This document shows, in pieces, positions 11,236 to 20,613 of a DNA stretch of 40,897 bases. The DNA is taken from contig NC_068985.1 in the NCBI RefSeq assembly GCF_001194135.2, positions 75,432,898 to 75,473,794 on the forward strand, in the 5' to 3' direction. Position 1 is the first letter of the stretch, and each line of letters opens with the position of its first letter. The notes under the pieces were generated by a model. It was not told the DNA's origin. It did no database searches and saw only the letters and a list, made by a program, of their open reading frames with translations. The DNA comes from Octopus bimaculoides. Its lineage: Eukaryota. The position numbers were made by a program, and so were the translations under genes.

Positions 11236-11905
11236 TTTTAAATTCCTTATACCCGAACCGGACTGATTTAAAGTCTATTTTTCCGCATATTGGCATAGAA
11301 TTTTTTTTCTTTTGCCCTTATCTATAATTATTTATAATTTTCACCTTAGATGGTATTTCAATATGCTGGCCACTGATAAAATTTTTCAAAAAACATGTCA
11401 GCCTCATATTAGAAGTAAATTTATTACTATTCATTACGGGACTAGCAATCACTTTACGTGAGTCTCCTGACTGTCTGCACGTGTGCTGAGGCTCGATACA
11501 GAATTTCTGTTTAGATATATTTGGAGTACATAAATTTACTCATGACTTTGCAACTGCTTTTTCCGTGGCTATATATGTGTATTCCTTTTATTCTTATCTT
11601 GTTTTTCGCTGAAGAAGGAAGAATCCTTGTGGATTAATCCAGAAATCGGCCCGATTCAGGAATAACGAATTTTAAAAATTTCTGTTAGCTTGCTTTCCTT
11701 GTTTCACCATGCTGTGTATTTATAGTGAAAAATATTGTACGTGGTTAGAGGATCTCATGTCTATTCTTCAGCATTTTGGCACAGAAAAAGTTTTTCCTTT
11801 GCCCTCATATATAATTGTTTATAATTTTCACTTTAAAAGTTATTTTAATATGCTGGCTACTGATAAAATTACTCTTGAAAAATGTTATCCTTATATTAGA
11901 TGTAT
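11236..11905 (+). repeat. Hammerhead-associated repeat family, copy 2 (partial tandem, period 486 bp)
   Basis: GTCTATT..GCAT.TTGGCA.AGAA..TTTGCCCT.AT.TATAATT.TTTATAATTTTCAC at 11273 and 11759. Confidence 0.85.
11602..11665 (+). ncRNA. Minimal type I hammerhead-ribozyme-like motif
   Basis: CTGAAGA (11609), GGA..AATCC ttgt GGATT..TCC stem II, GAAA (11642), near-palindromic stem III ATCGG-C-CCGAT. Stem I pairs poorly. Confidence 0.6.
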
Positions 11906-11984
11906 ATATTATATTATTTATTTCTTTAACTAAACGCGATGCATTAATTCCTATGTAAATTTATTTTCACCCATTTTTTGAGCG

Positions 11985-12310
11985 ACTCTCTACTCTGTAC
12001 TGATTTCTTCCTCTCGTCTTTGCTTCCTTCTTCCTCCATCCTTTTCTAATTCCCTTTCTCCACTTCCCTCCTTCACCGTTTTCTATTTGTCTTTCTCTCC
12101 CCTCTTTCCCTTTTTCTCTTTTTTCTCTCGTTACTCACACGTGACCATCGTCCATCCTTCTTTTCTTCACATGACCATCTTTCTTTTCTTGCTCGGACGT
12201 CTAAACGACTGGACATTTCTTCTCTCTCTCTCTCTTCTATCATTTCTCTTTTCAAAAAATGTCTCTCCCAGCGTTCACTATTCTCCTTTCGTTCCGGTCT
12301 AACAAAGCTC
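11985..12310. repeat. Polypyrimidine/polypurine low-complexity tract
   Basis: Almost entirely C/T on the + strand. Confidence 0.8.
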
Positions 12311-12544
12311 CTTATCTGTTTTCATTCGGTTACCTTGTATGTCCCCAATGTTTTTTTTTGTTCCCAACTTTGACCCACCCCCCATAAATCCTAAATTTTA
12401 TTTAAGAATTTATGGGAGCTACTCTCTTTGATGATGTATATTGTCGCTTGAATGCCCGAAATGAGGAGTAGATAGACAGCCGACAACCGATGAAGGGTCC
12501 TTCTATGTTAACTTGTCCTGTTTTACACTTTTTCGTTGTTTACG

Positions 12545-12609
12545 TATATATATACTTATATACATACAGGCATACACACACACATACACACACATACACA
12601 CACACACGC

Positions 12610-12647
<38 letters not shown>

Positions 12648-12690
12648 TTATATATATATTTATATATATATACATGTATACATACGTACA
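12545..12690. repeat. Compound (CA)n/(TA)n microsatellite
   Basis: Direct reading of the sequence. Confidence 0.95.
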
Positions 12691-12704
12691 TAAATGAACA
12701 TACA

Positions 12705-12880
12705 GATATGTGTGTGTTTGGATTTTTTTACCTCCTTATAACTTATCTGTTCAGGAAAAGATTACCAGGCTTTAAAGAAAAATCTAAATATTGGGGGCAA
12801 TTTATTCGACTAAATTTCTTCGAGATGGTGCCCCAGCATGGCCGTATTCTGATGACTGAAACAAGTAACAAAACATGATA
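12705..12880 (+). mobile_element. SINE family B, 3' part
   Basis: ..TTCGACTAAA..GGTGCCCCAGCATGGCCG..ATGACTGAAACAAGTAA tail shared with 23897-24254. Confidence 0.75.
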
Positions 12881-13440
12881 AAACATATACATACCTACAT
12901 TTATTACCATGAATAATTTCAATTTCTTAGCTCGGTTCATTCGTTGCGGCTGAGTTAATCCTGCCGCAATATATTTTCGATGAAATACATTCTTTCTTTT
13001 ATATTTTTTACGACGTGAAGTTTTTATGATTCTGTTGTTTTTGAAGGATTTTGTTTTTCTTTTACTCAAGTAATGTTTATTGCGTATTTAAATTTATTGT
13101 TGTCTTAGTTGTTGATATTTTATGTAGGATTATTTTTGGCAAGTATTTTAAAACAACACTTTAGTTTGTTTTAACATTCAAAATAAGACTGTTGCCAAAC
13201 TTATATGAAAGAATCTTTACCAATAATAAACAAATAGATATACGAGCCAACAAGAGAGATTGTATGTAGTTACTTGCCGTCTTGAAAATAGTGAGTCATG
13301 TTAAGAATTGGAAGGATGCTTAAGGTCTTAAGAATTGGAAATCTTAAATATCTCTCCAAAAGTAGGGAATGGTCACTTCTGGAATAGCTTTGGCCATAAG
13401 TGAGCTCAAGTAATGTTTTACAAAATCCATTCCTTTTTAT

Positions 13441-13780
13441 GCATGGCTAAGTGGCTAAGAATTTGCTTCGTAAATATGTTGTTTTAGATTCACTCCCACT
13501 GTGCGGCACCTGGATCCCATATTTTCTGCTATAACACCGGGCGGAAGAATGCTTTATGAGTGAAGTTGGTAGACGGAAATCATACGGATTCCCATCATAT
13601 ATCTGAATATGTGTGTGAGAGAGAGCATTGGTGCTTCTGTTCACTCTCCTTCGAATGAAAACTTAGCGGCTCGACAAAATGAAAGCGAATGAATAAGCAT
13701 CAGGCTCTATCTATTCCATTAAAACCTTCCAGGTCATGCAAAAGCATACTTCATTATCAATGACTGAACTAAATAATGAA
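13441..13780 (+). mobile_element. SINE family B, degenerate full length
   Basis: CCCACTGTGCGGCACC, GAGTGAAGTTGGTAGACGGAAA, ACTTAGCGGCTCGAC and ATGACTGAA motifs in order. Confidence 0.65.
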
Positions 13781-13921
13781 GTAAATGTATAAAAGATTAT
13801 ATTAATATTTAAATGGTTTTATGACTCCTCGAGGTCTTTCGTCTTATCTTACTTAATACATAAATTTATGTCGATATTTACAAAGTTACACAACAGTGAC
13901 TTCTTTATGTCACGGATTTAA

Positions 13922-14147
13922 TTATGTGTGTGTGAGTGGGTGTGTTTGTATTATATATGTGTGTCCATGTGTGTGTATATATGTGTGTGTGTATATGTGT
14001 GTGCATGTGCGTATGTCTGTGTATATATATATATATATGTGTGTGTGTGCGTATATATATGTATGTGTATATATGTGTGTATATATATGTGTGTATATAT
14101 ATGTGTGTATATATATATATATATGTGTGTGTATATATGTGCGTATA

Positions 14148-14200
<53 letters not shown>

Positions 14201-14217
14201 ATATATATATGTGTGTG

Positions 14218-14264
<47 letters not shown>

Positions 14265-14292
14265 ATNNNNNNNNNNATATATGTGAGTGTAT
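13922..14292. repeat. Long compound (TG)n/(TA)n microsatellite with a 10-N gap
   Basis: Direct reading; source of the spurious ORFs at 13896-14428. Confidence 0.97.
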
Positions 14293-14929
14293 ATACTATG
14301 ATGGATTTTTAATGCAATTAGTAAACACAAATTTAATCGTAAATACCCTTATCCTATTTACGTTTATGTATAGTGAAAACCTGAGCCTACCTCATAAACA
14401 TTATTGTCACCCATTTGATGCAAACTGAAACAAATGGGTATATTTTTTGTTTGTATATAACATGCGTTATATAATTATATATTGATAAATACAAAATGAG
14501 AGTCGAAGCAAGCAATGTAGATACATAATAGCAATTTAATCTTAGGATTATGAGATGGTAATGTGCATAGATACAGAAATATGCTCCAACGTCACTGTTC
14601 CCTCATACCTTCCAGATAATAGATATTTTAAATGAAATTTTCAACAAATACGCTTCAGATGGTGTAGTTCCCGTTATGCCCGAATTTGTTGTGAAAAAAC
14701 CTTTTTCTAGGGGGGAATGTAGAGAAGCGTTTCTGAAAATTCACATGAATCGGATTTGTGTCCTCATAACTTTCGGAATAATGGGTATTTCTAAAGGACA
14801 CTTTCGGTATATACTTTTCAGTGTGTGCAGATTACGATTATATCGGAATTTAGTATGAAGATAAAAATTTGTGGGATAGCATACAACAGCTCGCAAAAGA
14901 TGCCGTGATGGATGCTATAATCTTCGCCA

Positions 14930-15740
14930 CAAGAGGACGGTGGTGCACAGAACGTTGTACACGTCCTCTAACAAGATAGATGTTGTCCCAATAGAGGCAA
15001 TAGAGGAGTCCCTCGAGAACGTAACACCAGCAGAATTAATAATGGAAGGCGGTGCAGAGGCAGAAACATCATTAGAACAAGATGTGGAAGGCCCCAGTAT
15101 AATTGATTATTTCGGTACACGTAACGAGGAACCATATGGAATGACTCGCTCGGACAGGCCAGGTCCGGAGCCGAAGCAAACGGAGGCGAAAAGGAAAATA
15201 AACAAGTGGCACATGGTCACGTATGCCAAAAGTACGACTATAGAACGAAAGATTACAAAGTTTAAATCAATAATAAGAGTAAAGCTGCCTCCGGAGAAAT
15301 ATTCGGAAAAAAAAACACAAAGGAATAATTATCGACAAGGAGAGATGTGAGAAATTAAAAGAACTGTTTTGAAGTAGCATAGACCTGTTGGGGATATACA
15401 TTGAGTTCGATGCACTACCACCGGTCGTGAAGTTTGCAGATTTGAAACCACTAATGAACGTTTAAAAAAAGAGCAAAGTGAAATTTAAAAAAAAAAGAGG
15501 AAAAATAGACTTCAAAAAGTTTTTTAAAAAGAACGATACGAAAAAGGAAAAAAAAGAGAGTGTAAGAACGATTTATTAAATTGTATAATTTAAGTGTCAA
15601 ATGGTACTTCTTGAGAGTGGGGCTCAATGCAACCATTCCACCATCATTTTGTTGGTGTGAATGGTTGTGTTTTTGCTTTGCTGCGGTTTTTTTCTTTTGT
15701 TGTGCGAAGCCACCATTGTTTGGTGGTACTGAATAATGGT
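14930..15740 (+). mobile_element. Element C: internally deleted ORF1-family retroposon remnant
   Basis: VVHRTLYTSSNKIDVVPIEAIEESL resembles the N-terminus of A and B; IIRVKLPPEKYSE resembles B VKIPALPVEKYSE; T-rich 3' region with GCCACCA-TTGTT-TGGTGGT hairpin. Confidence 0.6.
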
Positions 15741-15779
15741 GAAAAATGAGAAGTTATGCCGAAGCCATGAGAATTTGAG

Positions 15780-16165
15780 TTATCGTTGACCCAAGTGTGC
15801 TCAAACAGGAGATGTTGCAGTGCAAGAAAGAGCTGATAATGAAATATAGTATGATGGTGAAGAGGGAAGGATCAAATATAAAACTGAACCTGACAGAGGA
15901 GGGACAGGTGAAAATGGAAAAGAAGTCGGTAATATTCAGAACATTTTCAAATAGAAACAATTGAAAACGCGCTGCAGGAAGAAATAGAAGAAATTTGAAA
16001 AGACATATGGGAGACAGCATAGTGTTCTTTACGAGAGGAAAGAGATACAATGGTGACCTTTGTATCAGTGGAGGAGGCGGAAAAATCCTCCAGGAGGAGA
16101 AATGGACATTGCTAGCAACTTGTTTGGATAAACGAATTGTTAGAATTAGAGTAGGAAGAATCCTA
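15780..16165 (+). mobile_element. Element C2: ORF1-family N-terminal fragment
   Basis: KKSVIFRTFS..DSIVFFTRG..TMVTFVSVEEAEK..LLATCLDKRIVRIRVGRILP aligns by eye with A2 TYISRGRKFGTVEVRFATIEEA..LLPSYRGRRSVRIRIPRVTP. Confidence 0.6.
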
Positions 16166-16484
16166 CCCTTGATTATTATTTGTGGGACGCAGTTGAGCAA
16201 GAGACCAACAACATTCCTTGTAATTCTAAAGATGAACTGGAGGCAAGGATTATTGCAGCATTCACCAACTTAAACAAGGAGACGGTCGAGAAGAGTTGCA
16301 GGAGATTCCGAAGTCGTCTGTAGGCTGTGGTTGAAGCCAATGGCGATTTTATGGAATATATTTACTCTGTAGTATTTCAAGATATTTGTATCTAATTTTG
16401 ATAAATATATCTCTTAAAATGAGATGTCAGTGTTATTTTCATTTTCGCGTAATTTAGACGCCAATTTACTCACCGCGACCTGTA
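16166..16484 (+). mobile_element. Tc1/mariner (DDD-type) transposase C-terminus and right end
   Basis: (P)LDYYLWDAVEQETNNIPCNSKDELEARIIAAFTNLNKETVEKSCRRFRSRL*AVVEANGDFME; element ends ..CACCGCGACCTG-TA. Confidence 0.85.
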
Positions 16485-16575
16485 TATATAAGATATTGTA
16501 ATGAAGAATGGAGAATAACACATTTAGTAGGGTTTTTCATATTCCGACACCTGTTTCTGCTGGATAAGTTGATAT

Positions 16576-16792
16576 AAGGCGGCGAGCTGACAGAGTCGTT
16601 AGCACGCCCGGCAAAATGCTTCGTGGTATTTTGTCTGTCTTTACGTTCTGAGTTCAAATGCCGGGGTCGACTTTGCCTTTCATCCTTTCGGGGTCGATAA
16701 ATTAAGTACCAATTATGCACTATGTTCGATGTAATCGACTAGTCTCCCACCCCTACAACTTCAGGCCTTGTGCCTATAGTGGAAAGGATTTA
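16576..16792 (+). mobile_element. SINE family A, uninterrupted (empty target site)
   Basis: Continuous AAAATGCTTCGTGGTATTTTGTC across the position occupied in the other copies. Confidence 0.9.
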
Positions 16793-16939
16793 TTTAGTTG
16801 ATATGTGTGTGTGTGTATATANNNNNNNNNNNNNNNNNNNNNNNNNNNNNNNNNNNNNNNNNNNNNNNNNNNNNNNNNNNNNNNNNNNNNNNNNNNNNNN
16901 NNNNNNNNNNNNNNNNNNNNNNNNNNNNNNNNNNNNNNN

Positions 16940-17287
16940 ATTATAAACATGGGAAAAGAAAAAAATTTCATTTGTTTCTTATCGTATTCTCTACTGAAGA
17001 GGGAAAAATCCATTGGATTAATCCCAAAATTGATTCAAAATAGAGATAACGAATTTTTTTAAAAAATTTGTTAACTTGCCTTCATCGATTTCAGCACGAC
17101 GTGTATTCATAGTGAATGTATATTGTGATGTGGTGATTGACGATTGAAAGTCTATTCTCAGCATATTGCCATAGATTTTTTTTTTCTTTTGCCCTTATTT
17201 ATAATTTTTACCTTTAAAAGTATTTTGATATGTTGGCCACTTTGATGGAATTTTTTATTTGGAAAAAATTGTATCCCATTTTAGAAG
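16940..17287 (+). repeat. Hammerhead-associated repeat family, copy 3
   Basis: Collinear with 11590-11900 (GGATTAATCC..ATAACGAATTTT..GTGTATT.ATAGTGAA..GTCTATT..GCATATTG). Confidence 0.85.
16988..17046 (+). ncRNA. Degenerate minimal type I hammerhead ribozyme
   Basis: TCTCTA (stem I), CTGAAGA, GGGA..AATCC att GGATT..TCCC (stem II), AAAA (GAAA mutated), TTGA-T-TCAA palindromic stem III, TAGAGA (stem I). Confidence 0.6.
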
Positions 17288-17290
17288 TAT

Positions 17291-17848
17291 GGGATCTTTC
17301 TGATTTGGCAGGCACCACTTGTTTTCTTAACGAAACACTTTCAAACTTGGGACACTGGTAGAATGTGTTATATAAAACATCTTTTGCTCTTAGTGTTATT
17401 GAGAAAATTTTATCTTTTTAAAGTTATTTCGTGTTAAGATTGTCGTATTACGGTAATTTCAACCAATCACTGACGTCTGTTGAGGTGAAAACAATTACTG
17501 CTGTGGAATGTAAACAACACGTTCTAGCGGTGTAATGGGATCTTTTTCCTTGAATAAAATTAGTGCCGTTGTTTGTCAACAACTATCGGCGGTACTGCTA
17601 TTTATGTCATCGTTCGTGCGTTTGTACTGGTTTTAGCTTAGGGTTTTAAAACGTTTTGCTCACAATCCATAGCAGTAATTATTTTCACCTCAATAGACGT
17701 CAGTGATTGGTTGAAATTACCGAAATACGACAACTTTTAACAGGAATTAACTTCGAATATAAATTTTTTTCTGTGTTCTATAAGACAAAATATACAAGTA
17801 TACGAAGTTTTAAAGTGTTTCGGTAGAAAACACACTAAATAAAACATA
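17291..17848. mobile_element. Foldback MITE (non-autonomous DNA transposon); right end lost in N gap
   Basis: Long inverted arms 17332-17506 and 17667-17821 (..GGTAATTTCAACCAATCACTGACGTCT.. / ..AGACGTCAGTGATTGGTTGAAATTACC..); starts GGGATCTTT. Confidence 0.85.
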
Positions 17849-18397
17849 NNNNNNNNNNNNNNNNNNNNNNNNNNNNNNNNNNNNNNNNNNNNNNNNNNNN
17901 NNNNNNNNNNNNNNNNNNNNNNNNNNNNNNNNNNNNNNNNNNNNNNNNNNNNNNNNNNNNNNNNNNNNNNNNNNNNNNNNNNNNNNNNNNNNNNNNNNNN
18001 NNNNNNNNNNNNNNNNNNNNNNNNNNNNNNNNNNNNNNNNNNNNNNNNNNNNNNNNNNNNNNNNNNNNNNNNNNNNNNNNNNNNNNNNNNNNNNNNNNNN
18101 NNNNNNNNNNNNNNNNNNNNNNNNNNNNNNNNNNNNNNNNNNNNNNNNNNNNNNNNNNNNNNNNNNNNNNNNNNNNNNNNNNNNNNNNNNNNNNNNNNNN
18201 NNNNNNNNNNNNNNNNNNNNNNNNNNNNNNNNNNNNNNNNNNNNNNNNNNNNNNNNNNNNNNNNNNNNNNNNNNNNNNNNNNNNNNNNNNNNNNNNNNNN
18301 NNNNNNNNNNNNNNNNNNNNNNNNNNNNNNNNNNNATATATATATATATTCTTCATTTAAGCATATTCCAACTACCGACTTACAGGCTACTGTAAAC

Positions 18398-18560
18398 GTG
18401 TGCGGCCAACTGGTCGGGAGTGTTCGGCTCATAGTCATAAGGCTGCGGGTTCAATTCCAGGATCCGACAGTGTATTGTGTTTTTGAGCGAAACATTTCAT
18501 TTCGCGTTCATTCAGTTTGACTAACTGTAATGAGTACAAATTGAATGCTGTGCACCCCCT
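18398..18560 (+). mobile_element. tRNA-derived SINE with CORE-like segment
   Basis: TGGTCGGGAGTG..GGGTTCAATTCC B box followed by TTGTGTTTTTGAGCGAAACATTTCATTTC. Confidence 0.6.
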
Positions 18561-18869
18561 TTCCAACCCAGCTGTCACATCCTCAATGCTCTGCTGTAGA
18601 AAGCGTATGGAAACCAAAATAGTATTGTCTTTATCTACTTCAAACACTTAGGTACCTAAAACAGCTACAGAAAGATGATATATGTTACCAGATCATACAC
18701 ACTAGTGGGAGGCAGCTGGTTATTCTTTGTACAGACTACAGCTATATCCTGCTGCTGTTGCTATTGCTAAAAATACAATTTCAAACAATGATTATTTGAT
18801 GTATATCGTTCTCAAAGATCAAAAGAGACTATTTACAAATTGCAAATTTGTTCAACAACAATATTGTTA

Positions 18870-20368
18870 ATCCTAAAGTACACGAGAGAAAACTATTCAA
18901 AACCACAGGAAAAGTAGAGTTTGCACCGATAGAAGCCATAGAAGAATGTATCAAAGAATTAAAAAGACTCACAACTTACATTACGAGAGAGAGAAAAAAA
19001 GCCACTGTAGAGGTGCGCTTCACAACAGAGGAGGAAGCAATAAAGAACTCCACAGAGGCTATAATGTCAGAGGAATGAATGCTCCTGCCTTCGTACTGCG
19101 GCAAATGTGTGGCCAAAGCGCGAGTGGGTAAGATGCCACCCGAATTAAAGGAAGAATGGCTGATGACAGCAATAACATATAATATGAAGGATGGGGAGAT
19201 TTGGAAGGCTACCAGACCGAGAAGGTAAACTACTAGGGATATGGTATTGAATTGATAATACAGGCAACTACAGAGGATTTGAACAGTGTGGTGGATGAGA
19301 TTGTGATGCCAGAGGATGTAAGATTCAGAATCAGTGTAGAGAGAAGGCCGCCAATATGTTTCACATGTGGAGAGAGGGGCCACATGAAGGCGTGGTGCGC
19401 CCAAAGTGTAGAACAAGCAGAAGAGTTGGAGAGACAGGAGAGTGTAGACCAGATCATGGTAACAGAAAAAGTAACAGAAAAAGAAAAAGAGAATGGATTT
19501 ACTATGGTTAAAAAGAAAAGAAAGTGGAGCGGAGTAATGAGTTCTCCACCAGAGAAGCAAAAAAAAAGAAGAAAGAAATTGTGAAGGAGGACAGTAGGAA
19601 GGAAAAAGAAAGTAAAAAGAAAGTGGAGTTAGCAGTAAAGATACCGGCTCTTCCAGTGGAGAAATATTCGGAAATACAACTGCAGGAAGAAGAGTCGGAG
19701 AGATTATTTAGGATAGAGGAAGGAAAAACAGAACAACAAAGTACAAGATAAAAGAAAGAAGATACGAGTAAGAGATGGAGTGTGATATTATGTGACATAC
19801 CCAAAGAATGTAGAAACAGAAAAAAAAAAATTATTAAGTTTAATTATTAAGAGTGAAGGTGCCTTCATACGTCTACGCAGAGAATATGAAGGCAATACTG
19901 ATTGAAGAAGAGAACTACAGAAAGTTGAAAGAGATGTGTGGAGATAGCGTTGACCCACCAGGAGTGGAAGTGGAATTCAATGAGTGAATCTGAGAGATAT
20001 TGAAGTTCACTGATGAAGTTCTACTAAAAGAGTGGCTGAAGAAAAGATGTCTGTCGGAGTGTACGTTCAAAAAGAGATGGAAGCATATTGCACGAGTGCT
20101 GTGCGTGCAAGGAGCCGTGTGAATAGACGGGAAAAAAGAAAAAGAACAAAAAAAGGTACCAGCAATAAATCGGGTCTTGTGGGTTTGGAGCGTGGCTTGA
20201 TCTTCGTTTCATTTGTATGATCTCTGTATTGTTAATATCATTCATTTTTTAATATTTTATTTAATTTTTGAAGTCACATTTTATGTAAAACCATATCGCA
20301 TTACTGATCTCAATCAATTGTTTTTTTTTACATTTATGTGTTTAGCCCCGGTGGGCAATAAAGAAATT
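18870..20368 (+). mobile_element. Element B: divergent, 5'-truncated RT-less ORF1-family retroposon
   Basis: KVEFAPIEAIEECIKE..TYITRERKKATVEVRFTTEEEA..LLPSYCG; knuckle CFTCGERGHMKAWC at 19357-19398; ends GCCCCGGTGGGCAATAAAGAAAT, directly followed by the SINE A body. Confidence 0.8.
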
Positions 20369-20543
20369 GGTATTTCGTCTGCCGGTACGTTCTAAGTTCA
20401 GCTTCTGCTGAGGTCGACTTTGCCTTTCGGGATCGATTAAATAATTACCAGTTGCGCACTAGAGTCGATGAAATCGCCTTAATCTCTTTGTCTGTCCTTG
20501 TTTGTCTCCTCTGTGCTTAGCCCTTGTGCGCAATAAAGAAATA
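20369..20543 (+). mobile_element. SINE family A 3' part carrying the LINE-type tail
   Basis: GGTATTTCGTCTG..GAGGTCGACTTTGCC..; ends TTTGTCTGTCCTTGTTTGTC..TTAGCCCTTGTGCGCAATAAAGAAATA. Confidence 0.85.
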
Positions 20544-20559
20544 TATATTAAGATAGTCA

Positions 20560-20613
20560 AAGGCAGCGAGCTGGCAGAAACGTTAGGACGCCGGTCGAAC
20601 TGCTTGGCGATAT
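20560..20613 (+). mobile_element. SINE family A 5' part, interrupted by A2; 3' part resumes at 22307-22412
   Basis: AAGGCAGCGAGCTGGCAGAAACGTTAGGACGCCGGTCGAACTGCTTGGCGATAT. Confidence 0.9.

Noticed and set aside
10496-11296. Long ORFs here and at 16774-17062, 17737-18438 and 22376-23380
   Set aside because: Artefacts of N gaps (10608-11235, 16822-16939, 17849-18335, 22413-23307)
13896-14428. Several 110-170 aa ORFs rich in V/C/Y/I/M or H/T; similar ones at 1365, 7928-8172, 12490-12878, 29289, 38867-39186 and 40526
   Set aside because: Translations of microsatellites
18660-18860. WEAAGYSLYR..AVAIAKN, vaguely like an APE endonuclease fragment
   Set aside because: Too short and interrupted to support a call
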